This document shows positions 1 through 9,507 of a stretch of DNA of 64,000 bases, one piece after another. The notes beneath the pieces are model-generated. The model searched no databases. It was given only the letters and a program-made list of their open reading frames with translations, and was not told the origin of the DNA. Source of the stretch: an uncultured Pseudomonadales bacterium. GTDB lineage: Bacteria > Patescibacteriota > Microgenomatia > UBA1400 > Chazhemtobacteraceae. The stretch is from assembly GCA_964422035.1 (NCBI GenBank), contig CAYQZQ010000001.1:249013-313012 (forward strand), given 5' to 3'. Positions within the stretch are counted from its first letter, which is position 1. Each line of letters begins with the position of its first letter. The position numbers and the translations under genes were made by a program.

Positions 1-626
1 GCTTGAGGAGCTTTAATGGACAACTGACCTGCAATGTCTCTGCTGTTACTGGAGGTAATTAGAACACCAGGCTGGGTGACTTCAAGATCTGTCTGTCCTA
101 GATAACCATGGGTGAAGGCAAGAATTTGAATTCCAGTAAGAGGAGATTGTGGGTCAAATTTTAGACGCAGATCTGAAGTGCTGGTTTCTCCATCGATAAA
201 GACAAAGGTGTCTTTTAAAACATGAAGATTGTCACCTAAAGTAAAGTTAGTTTTGACGGTGCCAGTGCTTAGATCTTCATCAAAACTGCAGCTGCCACCC
301 GCGCTGCAGGTACCTAATAAAAAAGACCTGGTGTAAGGCAGATCGGTGGGAAATTCTACTGTGGCTCGACCTCCTTTGAGAGAGTTACCTGACAAGTACT
401 CGATTTCAAGCTTTGCTTCGGGAATATCTCCTGGCTTGTCAATCATCAAGGTTAAAAGTTTGCCGGTTGGGTGAGGAAAGAGAGCCACAAAGGGTCTTTG
501 GTTTATTTCAAGTTGATTAATTATTCTTTGAGTTGTCTTGGCCTCTTCTTGAGGAGCTTTTTTACCACAAGCACCCAAAAGAAGAGCAAAAGAGATTATT
601 AGTGTTAGTTTTAAGAATTTTTTCAT
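1..626 (-). CDS. Putative lipoprotein of unknown function (partial, runs off left edge)
   Basis: Not in the ORF track. Manual translation from ATG at 626 (ATGA overlap with the glyQS stop) gives MKKFLKLTLIISFALLLGACGKKAPQEE..., a signal peptide with lipobox LGA-C. Contains LGTCSAGGSC; open to the window edge. Confidence 0.8.
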   Translation of the reverse strand, partial: MKKFLKLTLIISFALLLGACGKKAPQEEAKTTQRIINQLEINQRPFVALFPHPTGKLLTLMIDKPGDIPEAKLEIEYLSGNSLKGGRATVEFPTDLPYTRSFLLGTCSAGGSCSFDEDLSTGTVKTNFTLGDNLHVLKDTFVFIDGETSTSDLRLKFDPQSPLTGIQILAFTHGYLGQTDLEVTQPGVLITSSNSRDIAGQLSIKAPQ

Positions 627-1990
627 TTAAGTTTTTCTTGTAGATAATTTCTAAGTTTACCAATGGCAACTCTTTGTTGGCCAGTGGTATCTCTATCTCT
701 GACAGTGACGGTGTCATCTTCTAAGGTATCGTAGTCGATTGTAATACAAAATGGGGTACCTATCTCGTCTTGGGTGTAGTAGCGCTTGCCGATATTGCCT
801 CGATCATCCCAAGCGGTAACCATATCTTGGTATAGAAGTCCGTGAACTTCTTTAGCTTTGCCGACGATGTCTTCTTTGTTGCTAACCAGTGGGAAGATGG
901 CTGTTTTGTAAGGAGATAGATGATTTGGAAGCTTGAGGACTGTTCTGTCGTTGGCTTTGTCCTCCCAATAGGAATTGATTAAGACGGTTGTTAGGGAGCG
1001 GGTAATACCAAAAGTTGGCTCGATGACATGAGGAATAAATTTTTCTTGAGTATGAGGATCGGTATAGTGCAGATCAGTGCCTGATTTATCCATGTGGTTT
1101 TTAAGATCAAAGTTTGTTCTGTATGCAATGGCAAACCATTCCTTGTATCCAAACGGGTATTTATATTCGAGATCTTCTGTCTTTTTTGAGTAGTGAGAGA
1201 GCTCATCTTCAGTATGTGGACGCCAGCGGAGTTTGTCATCCTCTACTCCAAGTAGGTTGGCGAAGCTTTGGGTTCTTTCTTTCCAGAAGTCATACCATTG
1301 AACCCATTCATCTTCTCTGATGAAGTATTCAAATTCAGCTAGATCAAACTCTAAAACCCTGAAGGTAAACTGACCCATGGTTATCTCATTGCGAAAGGCT
1401 TTGCCGACTTGAGCAAGACCAAAGGGAAGTTTGGGATGAAGAGAGTCTAGTACATTTTTGAAGTTAACAAACATTCCCTGAGCAGTCTCCCCTCTTAGAT
1501 AAGTAGTGTTTTTTTCATCTGTAATAAGACCAACGCTGGTTTCAAATAAAAGATTAAACGCCCTGGGTTCCGTCCAGTCGAATTGACCGCAAACCGGACA
1601 GTGAATTTCTTCCTTGTCAATAATGTCAGCTAGTTGCTTAGGTGACTTGCCCTCTACTTTGATGTCATCTAGTTTATTTTCAATTAAATGATCAGCTCTG
1701 GTGCGGTTTTGACAGTTTTTGCAATCCAGCAAGACATCTGTAAAGCTATCTGCATGTCCTGATGCATGCCAGACTTGAGGACTCATTAAAACTCCAGTGT
1801 CTAGACCATAAACTTCTGGTCTTCTGTGAACGAATTCCTGCCACCAAAGATTAACAATATTTCTTTTTAGCTCAACTCCTAAGGGACCAAGATCATAAGT
1901 ATTGGCTAGGCCTCCATAAATATCAGAGCCTGGATATATAAAACCTCTGCGCTTGCTTAATGAAACTACTTTTTCTAACAAATTAGCCAT
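623..1990 (-). CDS. glyQS: Glycine--tRNA ligase (homodimeric alpha2 type)
   Basis: Motifs RRGFIYPGSDIYGG, YLRGETAQGMF, GKAFRNEIT, PHVIEPTFG and anticodon domain IGKRYYTQDEIGTPFCITID. Confidence 0.97.
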   Translation of the reverse strand: MANLLEKVVSLSKRRGFIYPGSDIYGGLANTYDLGPLGVELKRNIVNLWWQEFVHRRPEVYGLDTGVLMSPQVWHASGHADSFTDVLLDCKNCQNRTRADHLIENKLDDIKVEGKSPKQLADIIDKEEIHCPVCGQFDWTEPRAFNLLFETSVGLITDEKNTTYLRGETAQGMFVNFKNVLDSLHPKLPFGLAQVGKAFRNEITMGQFTFRVLEFDLAEFEYFIREDEWVQWYDFWKERTQSFANLLGVEDDKLRWRPHTEDELSHYSKKTEDLEYKYPFGYKEWFAIAYRTNFDLKNHMDKSGTDLHYTDPHTQEKFIPHVIEPTFGITRSLTTVLINSYWEDKANDRTVLKLPNHLSPYKTAIFPLVSNKEDIVGKAKEVHGLLYQDMVTAWDDRGNIGKRYYTQDEIGTPFCITIDYDTLEDDTVTVRDRDTTGQQRVAIGKLRNYLQEKLK

Positions 1991-1996
1991 AGAAGT

Positions 1997-2005
1997 ATTT
2001 TATCA
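1997..2005 (-). promoter_or_regulatory. Extended -10 box (TGaTAAAAT) 6 nt upstream of glyQS ATG; putative leaderless promoter
   Basis: Minus strand reads ctgaTAAAATacttctATG; no SD-like sequence. Confidence 0.55.
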
Positions 2006-2011
2006 GAAGTA

Positions 2012-2566
2012 TTAATCCAGACTTGATTTGGCAATCAAGCGGGAATCAATGATGTATTCAAAGTAATTTTTAAGACTTTCGAGATCTTTGTGTTTGGGTT
2101 GGCCGTAGCCTAGATGTTCTAAGAGGTTAAGTTGAAATTTTTTAACTCCGGCTTGTTGATGAAATTTGTTTTGGCGATTCGTCTCCTCCAGGAAAGAAAG
2201 TAATACTAAAAGTTCATTGAAGACATGAGGGTGAGCTTGTTGTTCTGGTAGAAGTTTGTCTAGTATCTCACCTACCTGAAAAGTTAAACTCATGGTAGAT
2301 AGTTCTTCTCGAAGTGAGGAGAATGAGCGAATTGTTTCGGCTTGAGTAACCAAAGGAATGAATTTGGTGCGAACTAAGTGAAGCTTGCTGTGAACGAAAG
2401 GTTCTAGATGGGGACCTTTTTTAGAAGTGGTTTTTCTAACTCCTTTGGCGACGATGTTCATCTTGCCATAGTTTTTGAAAAAAACTGTGATGATGCGGTC
2501 AGCTTCTTTGTAATTGAAACGTTTGAAAATTATTGCTTGATCAGTAAAGTTTCGGGGCAAACTCAT
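2012..2566 (-). CDS. recO: DNA repair protein RecO (short form, no C-terminal Zn finger)
   Basis: N-terminal OB-fold motif YKEADRIITVF...GKMNIVAKGVRKTTSK...LEPF; ends FQLNLLEHLGYG. Confidence 0.93.
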   Translation of the reverse strand: MSLPRNFTDQAIIFKRFNYKEADRIITVFFKNYGKMNIVAKGVRKTTSKKGPHLEPFVHSKLHLVRTKFIPLVTQAETIRSFSSLREELSTMSLTFQVGEILDKLLPEQQAHPHVFNELLVLLSFLEETNRQNKFHQQAGVKKFQLNLLEHLGYGQPKHKDLESLKNYFEYIIDSRLIAKSSLD

Positions 2567-2567
2567 G

Positions 2568-4544
2568 TTACTGCAAGTTAATTTTCAGATCTCCTGCAAC
2601 CTCTTCTTCATAAACATTACCGTTGTAGATGATTTGGTGTTTGATATTGGATTTACCTGGTTGCTTTTGAATCATAAGTGGCAAGTCTTGGGAGTATTCA
2701 CCTGAGAGCCTGTATTTGAAAACAAGCTTACTTGAAGACTGAGGTCGCAAGGTAAAGGAAGACTCAAAGACGGTTTTGCCAAGATCTTCACTTTCAGCTG
2801 CAGCTGTTTCTGAACCTATGACCTCAATTAACTGGGCACCCTTGGGAACATATAATCGAACCCATTGATGCAAAACGGCATTCAGACAAAGACCGGGAGC
2901 TTCTGGATCGCAGTTGGATGAAGGGTGGGGGTTGTTGTAGTTGATGGTAACTGTTTTTTCTACTTGACCATTATTGTTGGTGATTTCCTGTTCGACGGAC
3001 TGCTCGACAAAGAGGTTAGACTTAGCACCGCCAAAGTTAGCGTCATTGATATGAAGATAATCGCCATCAAATGGTCTGATTCTGCCAGCAGCTTGGAAAC
3101 TTTCAGCTGAATCTTGGGAACTTTCGTCAAAGAAATAGAAGAGTAAGTGCTTTTCTTGAATAGAACTAAGGCCAACGTTAAGTAATTTAGGCCATAAATG
3201 CTTAGGTGAGCCCATGGCATTAGCTAGAATTGAGTGCATTAAGGGACCTAAAACAGCTTTTCTATCCTCCCTTATATAACCAACTTGTCTGGTGGCGATG
3301 TTTTCTAAAGCGTAAACGACTTGAGGAATATTCCAGCGTTCATCTATTTCAGCACTAAACTCGCCCCATCCTCCTACTCCAACCGGACCAAGTACTTCTA
3401 GAAGACGAACCGGAACTTGTGTATCGATGGCGATAACTCCATCGACTTCTCGAGTGCCAGGAACATCTCTGAAATGGCCCATGAAAGTGTCCATGCTTGT
3501 TTTAAAATCTGGACTTAAGTTCATGTTGCGCAAGTGCCAGGTGTACTCATCTAAAAACTTCTTGATAGCTGGAGGTGCTTCAACGTTTTTGTTGAATCTG
3601 GCATCCAGATGGTAAATATCGCGTGACTCAAGCGGGGTAATCTTGCCGTTATGAACCTTTATATATGCGTAAGCGGTCAGAAAACCTCCGGTAGGCCGTA
3701 TTTCTCCGTCGTTTTGGAAAAGAAGTAGATAAATTTTTTCTTCATCTTGGCCTAAAAGTTGAGGTAGTAACTCGATTAGTGGCTTGGACTCGGAAAGGGC
3801 TTTCTGAGATTCTTTGAAGGTGTCTTGAGCTTTTGTGATGTTAGGTCTTATTTTTTTGCCAGCTATTGAGTAGGGGTAGTGGTTGGGATTGATCTGATCT
3901 AGCTCTTCTTGTGCTTTCTGAAGATCTGAGTTTATTTCCTCAAGCTGTGGAGAGATGGCATCAAGAGTTTGAGTGAGGAAGAGTATTCTTTCTTCAGCAG
4001 TCTGGGTCTCTACCTGGCCTTGACCTCCTTTGGCTTTAAAGCCAAGCAAGTCCGCATACGGATTTATAGCTGTAATTAGCTTTTGGCCTGCTTGAAGAGA
4101 ATGAGAGGCAGCATTAAGACCATGTTGTCCGTCAAGGTAGTAGATGCGTAAACCGGGAACAAATTTAAGCCAAACCAATCTTTGATATCGCTTATCGACT
4201 GTTTCTAGACTTTGCTTGGTTTCATCAAGGTGAGTTTGGGCGGCAGCAAGATCCTGATCTTGAATGCTGTCTACAATTTGTCTGCCTGAGTTTGCGGTCT
4301 CTTGTAGTGGTTGGCGCATGGAATATGCAGGAATACCAATGGCAAGGCTTAGGAGAAGAATAAGAGCCAACAAGCCACCCACTATGTATATTGCAGGGGA
4401 AAACTTTGCAGAAAAACCTGAAAATTTGGGAAGTGAGAGAGATTTAAATGAAAAACTAGGCAAACTAAATTTCTTTTTAGTCTTTTTATTATTCTCAGTC
4501 TCTTGAGAATTTTCTTGGTCGTTGTCTATCTTTTTTAGCTCCAT
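2568..4544 (-). CDS. DUF4012-domain membrane-anchored protein
   Basis: One N-terminal TM, a helical region, then YLLLFQNDGEIRPTGGF, LRNMNLSPDF, VDGVIAID, NFGGAKSN and LMIQKQPG motifs typical of DUF4012 proteins found beside polysaccharide loci. Confidence 0.85.
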   Translation of the reverse strand: MELKKIDNDQENSQETENNKKTKKKFSLPSFSFKSLSLPKFSGFSAKFSPAIYIVGGLLALILLLSLAIGIPAYSMRQPLQETANSGRQIVDSIQDQDLAAAQTHLDETKQSLETVDKRYQRLVWLKFVPGLRIYYLDGQHGLNAASHSLQAGQKLITAINPYADLLGFKAKGGQGQVETQTAEERILFLTQTLDAISPQLEEINSDLQKAQEELDQINPNHYPYSIAGKKIRPNITKAQDTFKESQKALSESKPLIELLPQLLGQDEEKIYLLLFQNDGEIRPTGGFLTAYAYIKVHNGKITPLESRDIYHLDARFNKNVEAPPAIKKFLDEYTWHLRNMNLSPDFKTSMDTFMGHFRDVPGTREVDGVIAIDTQVPVRLLEVLGPVGVGGWGEFSAEIDERWNIPQVVYALENIATRQVGYIREDRKAVLGPLMHSILANAMGSPKHLWPKLLNVGLSSIQEKHLLFYFFDESSQDSAESFQAAGRIRPFDGDYLHINDANFGGAKSNLFVEQSVEQEITNNNGQVEKTVTINYNNPHPSSNCDPEAPGLCLNAVLHQWVRLYVPKGAQLIEVIGSETAAAESEDLGKTVFESSFTLRPQSSSKLVFKYRLSGEYSQDLPLMIQKQPGKSNIKHQIIYNGNVYEEEVAGDLKINLQ

Positions 4545-4550
4545 TAATCC

Positions 4551-4556
4551 AGTTTA
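4551..4556 (-). promoter_or_regulatory. -10 box TAAACT 6 nt upstream of ATG (leaderless-type)
   Basis: Minus strand ggTAAACTggattaATG. Confidence 0.4.
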
Positions 4557-4587
4557 CCGTTTTGTTAAGGGTTAAATCAATACTTGC

Positions 4588-5238
4588 CTACCACTTAGAA
4601 ATCATAGCCAGAGGAGTACGCAGGATTATAAGCAGATCGTTGATAATGTTTCTTTTGTTGGCGTAGCGGGCGTCTATCTGAACTCTTTCATCCCAGGGGA
4701 TGTCGTTTCTGCCTGACACCTGCCAACGCCCGGTTAGTCCAGGTTTAACTCTCAAACTTTCGTCGATGTAAGCCTCAATCTTTTTTCCATAGCGCTTGAT
4801 GGCATCATCAAGTTCTTTTTGGACATAAGCTCTGGGACCAACTAAACTCATCTCTCCCATGAAGATATTAAAAACTTGAGGAGTTTCATCCAGTGATGTC
4901 TGTCTCATTATTTTGCCCAGCTTGGTGATTCGAGGATCTTCATCAAGACCCAGTTTCCATCCTTGCTTTTTATATTTTTCGTACAACTTTTTATCTTTTT
5001 CCCAGTATTTGACTGCGTGAACCAGTTCTCCATCTACTTTGAACATGCGCATAGAACGGAATTTGAGCATTTTAAAAGGTTTTCCACCTTGGCCAACCCT
5101 GATTGGTTTGTAAAAAATTGGACCAGGTGAGTCAAGTTTTATTAAGATGGGAATAATGATCCAGATGGGAAGAAAGAGAACAGCGAGAATTAGAGAAGCA
5201 ATGATATCAATCAAGCGCTTAGTTATTTTATAAAACAT
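4588..5238 (-). CDS. Priming phosphoglycosyl transferase (Bac_transf, WbaP/WcaJ C-terminal-domain type)
   Basis: KRLIDII...IKLDSPGPIFY...RVGQGGKPFKMLKFRSM, DPRITKLG, SLDETPQ, GEMSLVGPR, VKPGLTGRWQVSGRN. Confidence 0.93.
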   Translation of the reverse strand: MFYKITKRLIDIIASLILAVLFLPIWIIIPILIKLDSPGPIFYKPIRVGQGGKPFKMLKFRSMRMFKVDGELVHAVKYWEKDKKLYEKYKKQGWKLGLDEDPRITKLGKIMRQTSLDETPQVFNIFMGEMSLVGPRAYVQKELDDAIKRYGKKIEAYIDESLRVKPGLTGRWQVSGRNDIPWDERVQIDARYANKRNIINDLLIILRTPLAMISKW

Positions 5239-5243
5239 TAATT

Positions 5244-6365
5244 TTAGGTGTATTTATTAAGTTTTTGCTTTTTGAGTAGGTTAACTAATTTTTTGACATC
5301 TTCTGCTTTGTCTTTGTGGCAAACTAAGAGAGCATCTTTGGTATCGACGATGATTAAGTCCTCCACACCAATTGTAGCAATTAACTGATCATCAAAGTGA
5401 ATAAGAGTGTTTTTTGTATCTATACTATGGTGACTACCCTCTTGTCCGTAGCTGATAACCACATTTCCGTCCTCATCTTTTTGTGAGAGGTCATAAACCG
5501 CCTGCCAATCTCCAATGTCACTCCAGCCGAATTTACCGGGAATGACAACGAGTTTGTCTGTTTTTTCCGAGATGGCATAGTCAATTGAGTCTGGACGAGC
5601 TTGTTTGTATTGCTCTATTAAAACGTCTTGTTGATCTGACTGGCCTATCGATTGATAGATTGTGTCGATGTTTTTGTATAAATCAGGGTCAAGTTTTTTG
5701 AATTCATCCAAGATGGTTTGTGAAGGCCAAACGTAGTTGTTGGCATTCCAGTAGTAGTTGCCTGCTTGAAGGAAACTTTGAGCTGATTTCAGGTCAGGTT
5801 TTTCTTTGAAGGCAGTGACTTTGTGAACTTCAGTACCGTTTACATCTCTCATCTTTTCTCCTGCCTCAATGTAACCTAGGCCGACGTGAGGAAACTTAGG
5901 TTGGATACCTACGGTAACAATCAGTTTTTCTTGAAAGGCTACTTTAGCAGCTTGCTTAAGTGTTGTTTGATATAAATCGACATCGTTAATAAGATGATCT
6001 GTGGCCAAGTTAATAATGACAGCATCAGGATCTTGTTTGTGAATATGAGCTGCCGCTACCCCCATGGCAAGGGCGGTGTTTTTCTTTTCTGGTTCTCCGA
6101 TTATGTTTTCTTCAGGAATAAGGGGTTCTTGATTTTGAATGTCCTCAACGTAGCTATCATTGGTGATAACAAAAACTCTTGAAAGAGGAATTAGATCTTT
6201 GACTCTTTTGATGGTTTGCTGGAAAAGTGTGTGGTGATGAAAAAGAGAGCTGAATTGTTTAGGGCTTGATTTGCGGGAGCGAGGCCAAAGTCTGGTACCT
6301 GTACCGCCAGCCAGAAGGCAGATATATGTATGATCTAGATAGTTTTCTGTTGATGGTTCTCCCAT
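5244..6365 (-). CDS. manC: Mannose-1-phosphate guanylyltransferase (no PMI cupin domain)
   Basis: LAGGTGTRLWPRSRKSSPKQF, EPEKKNTA, FKEKPD, SIDYAISEK, GWSDIGDW, IVDTKDALLV. Confidence 0.92.
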   Translation of the reverse strand: MGEPSTENYLDHTYICLLAGGTGTRLWPRSRKSSPKQFSSLFHHHTLFQQTIKRVKDLIPLSRVFVITNDSYVEDIQNQEPLIPEENIIGEPEKKNTALAMGVAAAHIHKQDPDAVIINLATDHLINDVDLYQTTLKQAAKVAFQEKLIVTVGIQPKFPHVGLGYIEAGEKMRDVNGTEVHKVTAFKEKPDLKSAQSFLQAGNYYWNANNYVWPSQTILDEFKKLDPDLYKNIDTIYQSIGQSDQQDVLIEQYKQARPDSIDYAISEKTDKLVVIPGKFGWSDIGDWQAVYDLSQKDEDGNVVISYGQEGSHHSIDTKNTLIHFDDQLIATIGVEDLIIVDTKDALLVCHKDKAEDVKKLVNLLKKQKLNKYT

Positions 6366-7459
6366 AGAGTTTTGGTTTTTTGTTTAGTTAATTTTTGAAA
6401 ACGAGATTGGTTAAAGTTTTCAGCTTGATGTTGACATAGTTTATCAGAAAACTGATTAGTCATGTTTTCAAACTGACCAATAGTTTTGATGATAGCAGAT
6501 GGAGTTTGGTTTTTGAAAAACAAGCCAGTTTTACCCTCAATGACTGTTTCGGTGGCGCCACCTTTTTTATAAGCAATTACGGGAGTGCCAGCGGCCTGAG
6601 CTTCAAGAGGAACTATGCCAAAATCTTCCAACTGAGGAAAGACTAAAGCTTTAGCTTGAGAGTAGAGACTGCGCAGGTGCTGATCACTGACGTGGCCAAG
6701 AAACTGAATGTTTTGCTTAGCCATTTTTTGGAGCTTGTTGATCTGTGAGCCGGTACCAACTATTTTTAACTTTTTTTCTGACATTTGGTTGAAGGCTTTA
6801 ACTACTATGCTGGTTTTTTTGTATGACTCCAAACGAGAGACTAAAAGATAGAAGTCTTGTGTTTGCTGAGTGTCAGCTGAAAAGTACTGATAATTAACGG
6901 GTGGATAAATAACTTGCGACTGGCGATTATAAAATTTCTCAATCCTTTTTTGTACGGTTTTGGAGATAGCCAGATACTTATCTGGCCTTTGGGCAAAGAT
7001 ATAATCGCGTTTTTTAAGTCTTGGGCGGAATAGTTTGAAAAAGGGTTTAATCAGAGGAGACAAAAGACCAAAAGCGGGGTGTTTTAGATAATCTTGTTGA
7101 GCTGACCAAAGATATCGAGTGGGAGTCAGACAGTAACAGATATGCAGGGTGTCAGGCTTGGTAATAATACACTTGGCTGACTCTGAGGTGAGAGAAATGA
7201 CTAGATCAAAATCACGGAAGTCAAAACTTTCAAAACCTAAGGGGGCCAGGAGAGCTAAAAGCTGATGTCTAGTGCGTAAAAATTTAATTTTATTAAAGAA
7301 ACTAGGAATAACCTCTATGTGGCTGGCCCAGGTGGCAGTCCGGGGATTATGAACCAAGGTGTATAGGGGAGCATCCGGGAAAACTTTATGAAGTTGAAGT
7401 AGCAGTCTTTCCGCCCCACCAAACTTATTTACCCGATCGTAGACTAGTGCAACTTTCAT
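6335..7459 (-). CDS. Glycosyltransferase family 4 (WbaZ-like)
   Basis: Start moved to ATG 7459 (MKVALVYDRVNKFGGAE; ATGA overlap with upstream gene). Motifs YCLTPTRYLW and EDFGIVPLEAQAAGTPV. Confidence 0.9.
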   Translation of the reverse strand: MKVALVYDRVNKFGGAERLLLQLHKVFPDAPLYTLVHNPRTATWASHIEVIPSFFNKIKFLRTRHQLLALLAPLGFESFDFRDFDLVISLTSESAKCIITKPDTLHICYCLTPTRYLWSAQQDYLKHPAFGLLSPLIKPFFKLFRPRLKKRDYIFAQRPDKYLAISKTVQKRIEKFYNRQSQVIYPPVNYQYFSADTQQTQDFYLLVSRLESYKKTSIVVKAFNQMSEKKLKIVGTGSQINKLQKMAKQNIQFLGHVSDQHLRSLYSQAKALVFPQLEDFGIVPLEAQAAGTPVIAYKKGGATETVIEGKTGLFFKNQTPSAIIKTIGQFENMTNQFSDKLCQHQAENFNQSRFQKLTKQKTKTLWENHQQKTI

Positions 7460-8571
7460 GATTTTGCTGAAAGAACCTGTTGATAAGCTTGTAGTGTTTT
7501 TAGGGCTGTTTTTTTCCAAGAAAATTTGGTTACATGTTTTTTGCCTCTTTGGGAGAGCTCCTGTCTTAAGCTTTGATCTTGAACAATTTTTTCAAGCTTT
7601 AAGATAAAGTCTATTTGGTCGTGTGGGTCAAAATATAGAGCCGCATCTGAGTAAACTTCGGGCAGGCAGCTGGCAGATGAAGATAGCACAGGTAAACCAA
7701 CCCTCATTGCTTCCAGACCAGTTAATCCAAACCCCTCCAGTAAAGAAGGTTGCACTAAAGCTAAGCCTTGAGAATAAAGCTGAGCCATCTCATCGTCGGG
7801 AACATAACCTAAGGGCTTTATGTACTTGGTAGTTGAGAATCTGTCATGAAAAGCGTCACGAGCGCTTATTAGAGCCAAGGTGACTTTGTTGTGGTGATTT
7901 TTGTTGTACTGCTTTACTGCCTTAACCAGAAAGTCAACGTTTTTATGAGGATATAAATTGCCAGTATAGACGATAAATGGTTTTTGGAGTTTGTATTTGG
8001 AGAGAATCTTTTTATCTACTTTACGGGGGATTTTGAAATCACTGGTGACAGCTTCGTAAGTAACATGGATTTTTTGGGGATCAAGAGACATGTTGTTGAT
8101 TAAGTAATTTTTCCAGTAATGAGAGGGGGTAATGACGGCGTTTGATTTTTTGATGGTTTGATTTAAAACCAGCTTGTACCCCAAGCGCTTGACTTGATAC
8201 TGCCAGGGCGGCAAGGTACTGGTTTTAGTGCCAGTTGAAAAGTGTTTTATTAAATCATGTAAGGTGATAACTAGTGGCTGGTTGTAAAAGATGGGAGCAT
8301 TGAAATGAGGAACATGAAGAAGATCAAGATTTTGCTTTTTGAACTTGAATAAATTGACTAACTGCTCAGAAAAACTGTAAATTCTAGTCTTTAAGGGGAC
8401 GATTTTAATTTGAGAGGAGTTAAAGTCTTGTTGCAAAAGATCTGGATCTCCAAAAAGTACATACTGGTTTTTTTTATCAAGATTTATTAACTGACGAAGA
8501 AGATTTTGAGTGTATCGGCCGATACCGGTGTGTTTAGGGCCGTATAGACGTGCATCAATACCTATTTTCAT
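7456..8571 (-). CDS. Glycosyltransferase family 4 (MtfB-like)
   Basis: MKIGIDAR...TGIGRY, TLHDL, YPHKN, PSLLEGFGLTGLEAM. Confidence 0.92.
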   Translation of the reverse strand: MKIGIDARLYGPKHTGIGRYTQNLLRQLINLDKKNQYVLFGDPDLLQQDFNSSQIKIVPLKTRIYSFSEQLVNLFKFKKQNLDLLHVPHFNAPIFYNQPLVITLHDLIKHFSTGTKTSTLPPWQYQVKRLGYKLVLNQTIKKSNAVITPSHYWKNYLINNMSLDPQKIHVTYEAVTSDFKIPRKVDKKILSKYKLQKPFIVYTGNLYPHKNVDFLVKAVKQYNKNHHNKVTLALISARDAFHDRFSTTKYIKPLGYVPDDEMAQLYSQGLALVQPSLLEGFGLTGLEAMRVGLPVLSSSASCLPEVYSDAALYFDPHDQIDFILKLEKIVQDQSLRQELSQRGKKHVTKFSWKKTALKTLQAYQQVLSAKS

Positions 8572-8586
8572 GTTTGTTGACCTAAT

Positions 8587-9507
8587 TTAAGACAATTTGT
8601 GTTTTAACACTCTGAAAAAACCTAAGAGTGAGATACCGCCCAGAACAAAACTAGTAACTATTTTGGGGTACTTATCTTTATAAAATTTCCTGTAAAAGAT
8701 CTTCATAGCCTTTACTGATGATTTGGCTACTTTAACTCGAGTGGCTTTAGGAGGTTTGGCGATTTCTTTGCTTTCCTTCCTTAAGCCTGAGCTGGCACCC
8801 TTATAGTGCATAACGACTGTGTGAGGATAGTAGACAATGTCTTTTCCAGCTTGATGTATCTGGTAGCAAAGGTCGATGTCTTCACCGTAAAAGAAGTACT
8901 CTTCTCCCCAACCACCAACTTGTAAAAAGAGTTCTTTGGGCATTAATAGATATGATCCAGCCGCTACCTCGATAGAGTGAGTTTCGTCAAAATTTTTGTA
9001 TGACTGGTAATATTGATTGAAGAGTTTGCTTTGGGGAAAGAGTCGGTCTAGGAAAGTGAAGTGGGTAATTGAAGTCCAGGGAGTGGGAAAACCGCGATGA
9101 TTGTCTGGATCTAGATCACCTGAGGCGAGTTTGAGCTTGACGGTTAAAGCCCCCACCTGAGGGTTCTCTTGCATGTATTTGACCGGTTTGGTTAGTGAGT
9201 TTTTGTTGACGACGGTGTCTGAATTTAGAAATAGAACGTATTCTCCGGTAGATATGTCTACCCCTTGATTGTTGGCAGCTGCAAAGCCGGTGTTATCCTT
9301 GTTAGCTATTAACTTTACCTGAGGGAATTCCTTTTTCACCATAGCAACACTGTCATCGGGGGAGTTGTTGTCCACTACTATAATTTCCAAACCACCCTCT
9401 GGGTGATCTGCTTTTTGTAGTGACTCAATGCAGTTTTTTAATAAGTTCTTGGTGTTGTAGGAGATGATGATAACTGAAAGTTTGTTTTGATATTTAGACA
9501 TTGGCAA
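8587..9507 (-). CDS. Glycosyltransferase family 2 (WbbL-like)
   Basis: SVIIISYN, IIVVDNNSPD, NTGFAAANN, LFLNSDT, FFYGEDIDLC. Confidence 0.92.
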   Translation of the reverse strand: MPMSKYQNKLSVIIISYNTKNLLKNCIESLQKADHPEGGLEIIVVDNNSPDDSVAMVKKEFPQVKLIANKDNTGFAAANNQGVDISTGEYVLFLNSDTVVNKNSLTKPVKYMQENPQVGALTVKLKLASGDLDPDNHRGFPTPWTSITHFTFLDRLFPQSKLFNQYYQSYKNFDETHSIEVAAGSYLLMPKELFLQVGGWGEEYFFYGEDIDLCYQIHQAGKDIVYYPHTVVMHYKGASSGLRKESKEIAKPPKATRVKVAKSSVKAMKIFYRKFYKDKYPKIVTSFVLGGISLLGFFRVLKHKLS

